Shown here: piece after piece, positions 1 to 10,078 of the stretch
How positions within the stretch are numbered: the stretch's first letter is position 1
How the letters are laid out: each line of letters begins with the position of its first letter
Assembly (NCBI GenBank): GCA_018985225.1
Contig: JADGIF010000183.1
Coordinates: 1 to 15,706 of the forward strand
DNA from: Amoeboradix gromovi X-113
Lineage: Eukaryota; Fungi; Sanchytriomycota
Length of the DNA: 15,706 bases
Reading direction: 5' to 3'
Program-made: the position numbers and the translations under genes
Notes under the pieces: generated by a model
Told to the model about the DNA's origin: nothing
Database searches by the model: none
The model's input: only the letters and a program-made list of their open reading frames with translations

Positions 1-16
1 CTTAAATGGCACTTAC

Positions 17-144
17 CCAAGTTGTCTACACTGAAGGAGTGTGGGATCTCGAAGTAATTTGAGAGCTTCACATTTAACGTAGGCGTGAATGTCAATAAAA
101 ATGAAGAAAAGAAGGATCGCTCCTCTAAACAGAGATGTCAGCAT
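17..144 (-). CDS. Possible first exon of a secreted or membrane protein running off the left edge
   Basis: Manual translation from ATG at 144 gives MLTSLFRGAILLFFIFIDIHAYVKCEALKLLRDPTLLQCRQLG, with a hydrophobic N-terminus. It is followed by a perfect GTAAGT donor at 16..11. No homology recognised. Confidence 0.25.
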
Positions 145-991
145 GTTCAGCGTAAGTTGTTACTCTAGATGATTACTTGTCGGGCGGTCTGAGAATGAAG
201 ATTGACTGTTTCGCTGAAGTGCATTCTAATTTAGGGATCTTTCAATGAGTATTTATCTTGTAAATTTTTGATTCCACAAGATTTGCATCGCAGACAAAAG
301 TAAAGGAAAACATACTAATGAAAATTGTTCTAAATTTATAAGCAAGGAATTCTGGGATCTGTGGATCCGATACTTTTCTTTAAATGTGGCCTCAGGCTAT
401 AGACCATTGCTCGCAAAGGTATATAGGTCTTTAAATAAATGTCTTAATTAAATTTAGCAGGTAAACTCATCCTAAGACATTGGATGAGTGAACTAGTATG
501 TCTGCACAATGGCTCTTCCAAACAAAAACAAGATGACTTTGTCAAATTAGGGCACTCAGGTAAAAAGTTTGGCTAACTGTTTTTTACAGAAGTAAGCCAT
601 ATCTCGTCACCCAGAGACTAGGTGGCACAAACGTGCTATAATTTTTCTTTGGAAATAAGGGTTTACTCATTTACTTGTATACATTAAATGGCTCGAAAAT
701 TTACTTCATTGTTTTTATAACCTTACTAGTAATTAGTGGCATTGGTGACTGGTTAAAAACCATATAAATTGTCTGGAAAGATATGCATTTAACCAGCTTT
801 CTTTTTTCTTTCTTTCTTGCAATAGTAAATAGATGAGGTACTAGAACCACTTCACAGGTTTAGCTAAACAAGACAAGCTGACGACACAGTTCAGTAGGGT
901 TCTAATTATGTAATATACAGTGTTAAACCAAATGTTTTTAAATAGCCTTTAATTTTTATATCTGACGTCCAAACTCAGGATAAAACTCGTC

Positions 992-1774
992 ATGAGCGCA
1001 AGAAATGTAAGTTTAAAAAGGTTGTTAAATAAGTACGATCTGAAGAAAAAGATAACTATGGTAACTGCGTGGGACTCACTAACTGCACACTTCATAGAAA
1101 AAAGTCGGGTGGATTGTTTATTAGTAGGAGATTCTTTGTCGATGACGGCACTCGGATATTCTAGCACTCTACCTGTGACTTTGAATGATATGATATACCA
1201 TACTAAAGCAGTAGCCAGGGTCGCAAAGCGTCCATTTATTATTTCTGATATTCCGTTCTCTGCAATGAATAATCCTGTTGAAGCGGCAATTAGGCTAATG
1301 CAAAACGGTGCTCATTCTGTAAAAATTGAAGGTGCTAATGAAGTTTTGCATGATAGCATACGCAAATTAGGTCAAATTGGAGTTCCAGTTTTGGGTCATT
1401 TGGGTTTAAATCCACAACATGTGAATAAATTAGGAGGATATCACTTGTACAAAGACGGCGGTCAGCTGTTGAAAAATGCAATGAAACTAAAAGAATTGGG
1501 ATGCTGGGGGATTGTAATTGAAGCTGTGCCCTCCGAATTGGCAAAAAGAGTCCAAGCAGAAGCGAAGCTACCATTAATCGGTATTGGGGCAGGGCAGCTA
1601 GATGGCCAAGTGTTAGTATTTTCTGATCTCGTCGGACTGAATGATAGAGTTCCTAAATTTTGCAGAGTGATGGCCAAAGCGGGAGCCGAAATAGACTCTG
1701 GACTTGAAAGTTTTTGTGAATCGGTAGAATCAGAAAGTTTTCCCTCAGAAGAAGAAGAATATAAGCTCAAGTAG
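992..1774 (+). CDS. panB: 3-methyl-2-oxobutanoate (ketopantoate) hydroxymethyltransferase, PanB/Ecm31
   Basis: Family motifs ITMVTAWD, LLVGDSL, DMIYHTKAVAR, VKIEG, PVLGHLGLNPQ, IGIGAG, DGQVLV and PKFC; 260 aa; TAG stop. Confidence 0.97.
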   Translation: MSARNVSLKRLLNKYDLKKKITMVTAWDSLTAHFIEKSRVDCLLVGDSLSMTALGYSSTLPVTLNDMIYHTKAVARVAKRPFIISDIPFSAMNNPVEAAIRLMQNGAHSVKIEGANEVLHDSIRKLGQIGVPVLGHLGLNPQHVNKLGGYHLYKDGGQLLKNAMKLKELGCWGIVIEAVPSELAKRVQAEAKLPLIGIGAGQLDGQVLVFSDLVGLNDRVPKFCRVMAKAGAEIDSGLESFCESVESESFPSEEEEYKLK

Positions 1775-1791
1775 GCATTAATAGTAAATAT

Positions 1792-2219
1792 CTAGAACTT
1801 TTCAATACTAGAACATAAATAACTTTTTCGCACTTTCGCCTGCGCTAAATCTGATAATTGGGACTTCAATCTTCCCAAGGTTGTACAACTTGGGCACTTA
1901 CTATTTTTGCCTGAACTGGTACCAGAGTACATGGATTGATTTCGCTATAATATGTGTGACCGCATTTTATGTATCTTATTTGACTCACATCATTGTTTTA
2001 TTCGCACAATCCTACTAAAAGCGAGTCATGAATGTTAACTTCATCTATGGTAAACAAAGATTTCCTCTCAACTTGAGTTTGTGCTGTAAGTGCTACTTGA
2101 AATTATAGCGTCTCTGCGACTCTTTCTTCTGGCTCTTTTTTAGCTATTTCATCTGGTAACAACATCATAGTATATTTACTTTTTAGACTAGGTGAACTCA
2201 TATCAAATACTCGATCCTG
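1792..2219 (-). pseudogene. Degenerate coding remnant with a RING-finger-like C-terminal motif
   Basis: Minus-strand translation gives ...LVGLCE*NNDVSQIRYIKCGHTYYSEI, then in another frame KNSKCPSCTT. CGH (1964-1956) and CPSC (1896-1885) are spaced as in a RING, but there are two in-frame TAA codons, several ligands are missing and a frame change is needed. Confidence 0.3.
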
Positions 2220-2719
2220 TGTTCTTCAAAACGCCAGGCTTTCTTTTTATTCCTATCACTAGTCTTTCTGCGCTGATGACTAGGACACTTCCCTCGATTT
2301 TTGATATTGCTGGCATCCCTATGAAATGCCGTCAATACGCAAATCCAAATTATTGAATTGTTATCTAACCTCGTGTCCATATAAACTGGTTGTTCCATCT
2401 CTAAATTGAATACTACTTGAAGTAGCCTTCTTGGCTCTAATTGAACTTGAAGCAATAGCCTTTGAGTTTTGCTTGCATTTAAAACCCATGAAGCTGTATA
2501 TCATCTGCACTGTAAAGCAAGTAGACTTTGTCTTTATGTGTTTTTACGACACTGATAAAACTGGATGCATTTTTATTCTGTATAAAATGTTGCTTATGAG
2601 TTCCTAGAGTATTACGATTCAATAGAGAATGTAATGCGATTAAAACTCCCGGCTAATAAAGACCGTGAATTTATTGTAGATTTCATTTTCGCAAGTATTT
2701 AGTCTCCCTAAAACACACT

Positions 2720-2920
2720 ATGCTAAGAACCATATTGCGAGCAAAACCTAGCGATGTAATTTTTAACATTGTAAAGGACGAATTGTCTAAATTCAAACCT
2801 GCAGTTGTTAAAGCTGTTGATCCTTTACTGGTGAATGATATATCTGAGCCTAAGGCACCGACTGCACCAACCTATAAGCCAGTTACGCCTGCTGAATTAG
2901 ATAGTTACGATTTTAAATAA
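2720..2920 (+). CDS. ATP14: Mitochondrial ATP synthase subunit h (Atp14-like)
   Basis: Arg-rich presequence MLRTILRAK, then DVIFNIVKDELSKFKP, PKAPTAP and ELDSYD. These match the fungal subunit h pattern D-x-x-x-x-Y/x-x-x-ELKxYKP...PxAPxxP...ELxxY. Confidence 0.75.
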   Translation: MLRTILRAKPSDVIFNIVKDELSKFKPAVVKAVDPLLVNDISEPKAPTAPTYKPVTPAELDSYDFK

Positions 2921-2933
2921 ATGTGTTTAAATC

Positions 2934-5900
2934 ATGCTCTGTTCTGAGATTTTTATTAAAGTATATTCTAGTTTTATTTTTGCATTCAATGTTTCATTCT
3001 ACTCTGCTATCCACTTTGCAGGTGAACTGGATGCAGGAATATCTTGTATATCTTTCTCTTTATCATCCGAAGGCTGTATCGGATAAGTACCTTGATGAGT
3101 TTGATCAGCTAAGTCCACAGTTAAAACGGTATTTAAACTATAATCACCACGCTCCGTTTGTCCACGGTTCAATGAACAATGATAACTGGCCAAAACTGTA
3201 CCTTGGCACTAACCGTTCTGTAAAGCATTTCGAGTTGGATGTTTTGAATAAAACACAATGGATTCAGGTGTTCGATGATGTTAAGTCTCATAAATTGGAA
3301 ATCAAGTTCAAATACAATGAGAATCTCCCTTTTGTGTATTTGACTGGATACGGTGTTGAGCTGGTTGTTAAGTCTACTGATTATTTAGTCACTGATGACA
3401 GAGCTATTGAGAACACATTCACCCTTGAACATAACGAGGATCCTTCCTTAGACATTCCCGAATCGATGGTCAAGGTTAGCAATGATGATATTAGTGTCAA
3501 AGCGTGGTCTTACATCTCGAATTTGAAGAAATCGGACTCTGAAAAGTTCTCTGATTTGGTCTTGCTTTCTCAAAACTTTCTATTGTACAAGGAATACATT
3601 TCGACTCAAAACATCAACATTAAACTAGACAGTGCTATAAAATACAATACCCTGCGTAGCGACATGCATGGTATATTTGTAAATGGTTTAAACATTCATG
3701 ATGACTTAATTAACTCGATTTCACTGGATAGCCTTATAAATGACGAGCAAATAATCAGTAGCTTCGTAAAGGATCCCAGTTTGCTCTTTAGTTTTGATTT
3801 GAAAGTTAAACCTACTTTTAAAATACCAGTACCAACTTGGTTGAATAAAATAGAAAAGAATCCAGCTTTTAAATCGTACCCAGCCACCCTTTCAGAGGCA
3901 TTTCAAATGTGGCAATTTTACAAGCAAATGATGCCTGTTATGCCTGTTCAAAAGCATGTAATCAATGTTGTTTTAATTAGCAACTTGCTCGATATACAAC
4001 ATGTCTCTTCTATACTAAATGCCGATATAGCAATACATATTGGTATAATACCTCTACCCTACACTTCTGATAAACCGGGCTTGTCTTATACTCTGCATTA
4101 TGTCGCCAAATCAAATTATAAAAACGTTCGCAAGTTCCTCAAAGTTTATTCTGAACTAGATGGAATATACTCTGAGAATGTGCTGAATGCATGTAAAAAA
4201 GTGATATCATGCGACAGTCTGGTCGAAGATTATAAATCAGACTTACCAAAACTAGATGATTTTGCAAAATCATTCAATTTAAAAGATTCCAGTTTATACT
4301 GGTTAAATGGCCAAATACACGAGATCACATCAGAATTCGAGCAATCTGTTATCCAGAAAGCAAGAGCAGAGTATGACGAGCTGTTTAAACACCTTGAGGA
4401 TGGCAGAATCACTGAAGATACAAACATCTTCAATTTTTATAACAAAGGTTTTACAACACGACATGCTATATTGGATCAACTGAGGTCACTAGAGGTTTTA
4501 AACTTGCAGGCAGGAGACGCAATTAAACAAGAAATTGAATACTTGAAGGAGTTTGCAGACTTTCATATTATTTTAATTAAATGCCAATTCTCTCTTAAGC
4601 ATTGTAAAACCACAATTGAGAGTGTGGGTAATAATGTCATTGTCATTAACTCTGATGATAACACATGCAATTTAATGGATTTGACCAGAATTCCTCTGGT
4701 TTTGAATTCTATGAAATATAAAAACTCGATTTTTATAAATGGAAAGTGTATCGAGTTGAGAGAACACACAGATTGGGATATAATAAGAGATGTTGCAGCC
4801 CAAGATGAGGTAAGTGATGATATATTAAGTGTGTTTGGATTAAAATATGCAAAAGCCTCAATTGAGAAGAGAAACAGTCCTTATCATCCGCCAATGATGC
4901 GAAAAGTGATGTCTACTAAGCTCAAACGGTATAATACATTAATCTAGGCCATTAAAAGCTCACTCAGCTGACTGTAAAATCAATATAACCGCTGCTTTTG
5001 ACCCATTCACCTTGAATGGTCAGAAATGGATATCCGTCTTAAGTGGGTTTAAGCACACATGCATAACACTTTACCCTATAATAGAGACCGGCGAAATCAA
5101 TCGGTTTTATCGCTACTCACATCCTAGCTTGACTTCAAGCATAAAAACTCTCACCTTTGCTAATTTGCCACCAAATGTGCTGCTAACAAGCGGTATAGAC
5201 TCGCACCCTAGCTGGGTAGTAGCGGCAAAGAGGGCCGTTCATGATTTGGATAATCTTATAATTAATGGTGAAGACGTATATGCTGAATATGAGTTAAAGC
5301 ATTTGCTAATAGAAGGCCATTGCTTTGATGATAAAAGAAGACCACCAAGTGGACTGCAAATCGAACTGAGTAATTATGATGACACTATAGTCATGAGCAA
5401 CCTGGGATACTTTCAGTTAAAAGCAAACCCTGGAATTTGGCAGTTTCAGTTAAGAAAGGGAAAGAGTAGCGACGTTTATTCAATATACGAAATGGAAGAT
5501 AGCGTAGGAAGACATATAGCATCCAAGAATGGAGTGTTTAGAATAATTGTTGACGACTTGCAGGGCAAAGTACTGTTTCCAAAGGTAAGAAAGAATAAGG
5601 GCCAAGAGGACATCTCGTTAATAAACGAGGACTATACGCAGGACCAAATGGTTTGGTCTTTTTTGAACAGAAAGGAAAAAATAATAAACATATTTACTCT
5701 GGCTAGCGGACATCTCTATGAGAGATTCATGAGCATAATGATTAAAAGCGTTTTGATGCACACTAGTTCGAAAGTCAAACTATGGCTGGTTGAAGATTTC
5801 TTGTCCCCAACTTATAAAATATTTATTTCAAGTTATGCTGAGAAATATGGATTTGAATACGAGTTTATAACCTATAAGTGGCCTAGCTGGTTAAGAAGTC

Positions 5901-6544
5901 AGCGTGAGAAGCAAAGGCTGATTTGGGGATATAAAATATTGTTCCTTGATGTTTTATTCCCCTTAGATCTTGAGCGTATTATATTTGTAGACAGCGACCA
6001 AATAATTAGAGCTGATTTACAGGAGCTGATGGATCTTGATTTGAAAGGTAATCCCTATGCATACACTCCCTTCTGCAGAGACATCCGTGAGGAAACAAAA
6101 AATTTTAGATTTTGGGAAAGCGGCTACTGGAAGAACCATTTAGGAGACAAGCCGTATCACATCAGTGCGCTCTATGTAGTAGACCTAAAGAGATTTAGAC
6201 AAATGGCAGCAGGTGATTTATTACGGGGCCAATATCAGTCCTTGACAATTGATCCAAACTCTTTGGCTAATCTGGATCAGGATCTGCCAAATAACATGCA
6301 AGACAGGGTGCCTATTTATTCACTACCTGATGAATGGTTATATTGCGAGACTTGGTGTTCCGATGAAGCATTTAAAAAGGCCAAAACTATTGATTTGTGT
6401 AACAATCCTTTAACTAAAGAGCCAAAGTTACATAGAGCTAAAAGACAGATTAAAGAGTGGGTGGAGTACGATGAGGAGATATCAAAATTTTCCAAGTCAT
6501 TACTTGAAAAGAGCGTAGAGCAAGATGAGAAAGATGAGTTGTAG
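2934..6544 (+). CDS. UGGT: UDP-glucose:glycoprotein glucosyltransferase (GT24), spliced, about 1186 aa; exact start uncertain
   Basis: ORFs 2923-4947 and 5012-6544 join in frame through intron 4929-4947. Motifs: LTGYGVELVVKSTDY, FDPFTLNGQKW, DTIVMSNLGYFQLKANPG, INIFTLASGHLYERF, WGYKILFLDVLFP, FVDSDQ, LANLDQDLPN, WCET-like YCETWC and DLCNNPLTKEPKL. C-terminal KDEL ER-retention signal. ATG 2934 reaches the main frame if a 31-nt intron (2941-2971 or 2991-3021) is removed; otherwise the first in-frame ATG is 2989. Confidence 0.96.
4929..4947 (+). other. 19-nt spliceosomal intron in UGGT
   Basis: Sequence is GTATAATACATTAATCTAG. Removing it eliminates the TAG stop and gives ...KLKR|PLKAHSADCKINITAAFDPFTLNGQKW, in frame with the downstream ORF. 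Confidence 0.8.
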
Positions 6545-6974
6545 TTTAATAAATGTTGAATATAAAAAGAACCTTCACAAACTTTGCAAGCATATTGGAA
6601 CACGATGTAAAACTAGTTTTTGCATCCACAATGTTTGTTGATTTCTTCACAGATTGGAAGAATGACTGTGACCCAAAGTCACACATGGGCTAGCAAGTAA
6701 AAAGACAGTATTACTTCCCCAAGATGTGATCGACTCTCCAATTGACCACATTTTTTGTTCCGGATTCAGCAAGATCAAGAATTCCGTGAGTGAGTTGATT
6801 CTTGCCCATCTTAAAAACACCACCTTTGGTTACAAATTAAATCTAAAATGGTGATTTTAAACAGAATTACTGCATCCATAATCAACTATATGCGTCAACT
6901 ATTATTGCATGCCTTTATATTTGCCTAGAGAAATTCCCAACTACAGATAAAGTTATGACAAGGCAATTGATTTA

Positions 6975-7820
6975 TTAACTTGAATGAGCTGAGGTAACAG
7001 AAATGTTATCGACAGCCTCATTAGAGTTCGACTCCGTTTTATCTAATTCAGCAGAAGCAGGTTTAATCAGATTGGGGCCTGTTTTGTTCCCCAATTTTGA
7101 AGAATCAGAATAAGTAGGAGAAATGGCATCTCTTCCATGGTTGAGATACGAGCACAATCTGCATTTGAATATATAATCGTTAACTCGCTCAGGTAAGCAT
7201 AGTCCATTATGTGTGTGACATCTTGCGCAAATCAAAGCAAACTTATTTTCAAATTCTTCCTCACCAACAATCTTATCCAAAACACGGTCCAGAAAAGTGC
7301 TCTTGTTATTATCATTAGTTTGGGGGTTTAAAACAGTTATTTGAGAATTATGATTATGTTTCTTTACAGCAATCGGTTTTGGGGGATCCTCAAATCTTTT
7401 CAAAATTTCCTGTGTTTCTGTAAATTTAGTTGCTTTTTTTAACTCTTCAATTTTCTGTTTTTGAACTCCAAGAAGCAGCTTACGATGGTGTTCGCGACTG
7501 CCAATACGACGATCGTAAATGTAATCAATTACCAGGTTACCATAAATTATCAAAAAGTAGCCAAATAACCACAATAAAAAGAGGTCTAGTCTAAAATTGA
7601 TATAAGAAGTAGAGATTTTAGGTAGATGGCTTTCAAAAAATACCAAAATTGACGTAGCAATTGCTATTATGCTTTTTAAATAATATGAGATAATATTCAA
7701 AAAGTAATCCTTTGACATCTTTAATCTCATGATATCATCATCCAATTTTTTTATTTCCTTTTCATTATTTTGAAGGTCTAGGGTTAAGTCGGGTTTCTTC
7801 GATTTAAAAAACCACAACAT
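6975..7820 (-). CDS. LNP1: Lunapark, ER junction formation protein (281 aa from ATG 7820)
   Basis: N-terminal coiled coil, two hydrophobic segments, KIEELKKATKFTETQEILKRF, FLDRVLDKIVG and zinc finger ALICARCHTHNGL...FKCRLCSYLN. Confidence 0.93.
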   Translation of the reverse strand: MLWFFKSKKPDLTLDLQNNEKEIKKLDDDIMRLKMSKDYFLNIISYYLKSIIAIATSILVFFESHLPKISTSYINFRLDLFLLWLFGYFLIIYGNLVIDYIYDRRIGSREHHRKLLLGVQKQKIEELKKATKFTETQEILKRFEDPPKPIAVKKHNHNSQITVLNPQTNDNNKSTFLDRVLDKIVGEEEFENKFALICARCHTHNGLCLPERVNDYIFKCRLCSYLNHGRDAISPTYSDSSKLGNKTGPNLIKPASAELDKTESNSNEAVDNISVTSAHSS

Positions 7821-7905
7821 GAACAAAACTGGAGGTTTCAATGAAGTTAGTAATCAGATTTATTTTGAACCGAGTTTAAATAAATGTTCTACAAAATTAA
7901 GATAT

Positions 7906-8541
7906 TTAGGTCCGCTTTTTTTTTAAAAGAAGTTCCTTTATCCGCTCTGAAGGTTTTCTTTTGGAGTCTTCTACCTTTTGTCTTAAATGCTCCAAAGCAT
8001 CTGGTATTTGCTCTTCATTAACTTTTGACTTGATGTTTTGGTTATTATCTGTATTTGAATCATATTGTTGCTCTTTTTCAAATGTATCGACCAATTTGAA
8101 ATCTGATTCTAAGTCCTCAGATGCAGTGTCTTCGCTTTCGGAAGAATCTGATTCTGAAGAGCTGGATTCCGAGGAGCTACTGGTATACAAAACAATGTGC
8201 TTCGAATCCAATTTTCTAATGTTCTCAAAAGCTCGACCTTCTACATGCTTCGATCTGTTAATTCCCAAGGCATTGGCCAAATCATCCATTTGCTTCTCCT
8301 TTTGCATTTGCGATGTAACTTCTGTATTAAGCTCAAATTTGATGGGTTTATCGCTGTTTCCACGAATTTTTTTTAATAATGCCATTCTTTTAATACTGTG
8401 TTCTATTAACTTTGGGTCTGCAACTCTTTTTTTACGTTCCAACGGTTCAAAGTGCTTATTGGAAAGTTTTGCAGATAAGTTCTTTTGTACATAACCGCTT
8501 GTAGCTGAGCCTTTAGCTGATGGTAAACCAACATTTGACAT
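7906..8541 (-). CDS. CWC21: Pre-mRNA splicing factor Cwc21/SRRM2 N-terminal family protein
   Basis: N-terminus MSNVGLPSAKGSATSGYVQKNL matches the Cwc21 signature GL-x-T/S-x-R/K-GSxTxGYVQxN. Also DPKLIEH, ALGI...HVEGRAF and an S/E/D-rich tail. Confidence 0.9.
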   Translation of the reverse strand: MSNVGLPSAKGSATSGYVQKNLSAKLSNKHFEPLERKKRVADPKLIEHSIKRMALLKKIRGNSDKPIKFELNTEVTSQMQKEKQMDDLANALGINRSKHVEGRAFENIRKLDSKHIVLYTSSSSESSSSESDSSESEDTASEDLESDFKLVDTFEKEQQYDSNTDNNQNIKSKVNEEQIPDALEHLRQKVEDSKRKPSERIKELLLKKKRT

Positions 8542-8713
8542 TCAAAAAATCAAATGTTTAAAGGAGTAGTATTATGAGTGGAAGTGCAACTACTAACATA
8601 TTTGCGCTCAGCAGAGATAAAATTATTCCAGGTGGCTTTTAGTTTTCATTGGACGAAAAGCCAATTCATAAGAAATAGATCAATCAAACCGCCTGTATTT
8701 TGTGGAGAGCGCG

Positions 8714-8720
8714 TATAAAA
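8714..8720 (+). promoter_or_regulatory. Putative TATA box
   Basis: TATAAAA about 30 nt upstream of CAACAAATG (ATG 8747). Confidence 0.35.
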
Positions 8721-8746
8721 GCATATCGAATCTTCATCGGCAACAA

Positions 8747-9091
8747 ATGGGAAATCAACACACAGAAAAAGTTTCAAAGAAGCATCAGAAAGACCATGCA
8801 GAGGCACCTCAAGAACCTCAGCAGGAAGTTTCAAAGGAACAACCAAAGGCTCAAAACAAACAAAATGTTAATAAGCAGGCCAACAAACCGCAGCAGAAGA
8901 AACCAGAATCAACTGAGGCTGCAAAAGAAGTCAAAGAACCACAGGCCAAGGCTCAGAATAAGCAGCAAAAGCAAAAAGTAGCACAGAAACCTGTTCAAAA
9001 CCAGAAAGAACAGCAAAGCCCGCCAAAAAACCAGGCTGCAAAGCAGAACAAAGGTGGCAAACAGGCTAAAGCTGCACCGCAAAAATCTTAA
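8747..9091 (+). CDS. Small K/Q/P/E-rich low-complexity protein, probable N-myristoylation (114 aa)
   Basis: First in-frame ATG of ORF 8702-9091, in an A-rich context. Starts MGNQHT (MGxxxS/T). Has an internal peptide duplication, EVSKEQPKAQNKQ / EVKEPQAKAQNKQ. AATAAA follows the stop. Confidence 0.7.
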   Translation: MGNQHTEKVSKKHQKDHAEAPQEPQQEVSKEQPKAQNKQNVNKQANKPQQKKPESTEAAKEVKEPQAKAQNKQQKQKVAQKPVQNQKEQQSPPKNQAAKQNKGGKQAKAAPQKS

Positions 9092-9139
9092 ATTAAATTA
9101 AACAATAAAATATATCCTTTTGCATCATTTTAATTGCTC

Positions 9140-9371
9140 GATGACATTCAGAATGTCAGATTCTAAGGAGGTCAACGATTTCCAGAGGAAAGTAAAATCA
9201 GACAGAGGAAAATACAGCTTTGTTATAAAAAGATTGGAAGCGCAAGTTCCTAAAGTTGAGAGTAAATCTAACAAACAATTGAAAGAAGCTGAAAAATACG
9301 GTAAAAAGGAGTTTCTCTTATCTGCCGCCTTGGTAAGTGTTGTAAATGATAGTATTAACAGTAAAAAATGA
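9140..9371 (+). CDS. Hypothetical basic ORF or gene remnant
   Basis: Open frame MTFRMSDSKEVNDFQRKVK...; a GTAAGT donor at 9333 could splice to AG 9391 and extend it to about 9531. No homology recognised. Confidence 0.25.
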
Positions 9372-9571
9372 ATAAAATTTATTTTCCTTAGAACAAGCTC
9401 CAATTAAAACAAAAACTTGAGTTTAAGACCTATTTCTGCAAACTCAAAAAGAACGGCAGCGTTTTTCCACCTCAAATGAAGAACGTTTGTCATATTGAAG
9501 ACCTAGGACAACTCCACAAAGTACGAAAATAGTAATTTTGTCATTAACAACGTAGTTGATACTTATGAATG

Positions 9572-9795
9572 ACATCCTCTTTTGATTAGGCAAAGTGATT
9601 TAACTCAGACTTTATCATATCTTTTCTAAGCTTTAAATCAAGAAATGAGCGTCTTAAAACCTCGTGAACGAATTTACCCTCTAAATCAACGATACCTGTC
9701 AACTGCCAGAATTCATCAATTAAAGGAGTGTTGTTTACTGCAGCTGATTTTAAAATTTTGAGGTGGAGAAAGAGATCGTTCTCAACCAATTTTGT
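9572..9795 (-). pseudogene. Inverted partial duplicate of the CRN-like gene segment 13112-13336
   Basis: The reverse complement aligns to 13112-13336 with about 8 substitutions counted by eye and one A-run indel. TCG>TAA creates a stop at 9586-9588. Confidence 0.95.
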
Positions 9796-10078
9796 GCTAT
9801 CTTGATGGGTTAATAATATTTTGTTCTATTTGAATGGTTAAAAACCTATCTCCAACACAATTGGCCTCAACATAATTCTTGTAAGAACATTATTGGTCAG
9901 CTTAGAAAATCAACACTATAAACATACAGCATAAAATTAAGTTACAAATAAATAATTAATTAACTGGTATTGGATCTAGATTTATCTACACTCGTTTCAA
10001 TTCATTTCAACTCACTGCACTATTGGAACGAGTACGTGTAGAAAGGTATAAAATGACATACGAACCATCTTCTCCACC

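Noticed and set aside
340-660. Plus-strand gene with introns at about 419-458 and 560-589
   Set aside because: Splice-like signals exist, but the spliced products are short and unrecognisable.
2923-6544. Two separate genes or a frameshifted pseudogene for ORFs 2923-4947 and 5012-6544
   Set aside because: Both halves carry UGGT motifs in the right order and a GT-AG intron joins them in frame.
6545-6974. Gene between UGGT and Lunapark
   Set aside because: Only short frames on either strand, with no recognisable motif.
8574-8642. Stm1-like N-terminal exon MSGSATTNIFAL spliced to the K/Q-rich ORF
   Set aside because: It needs a 41-47-nt intron with a weak donor and no other Stm1 motif is present. 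ATG 8747, with a TATA box and MGxxxT, is simpler. Not fully excluded.
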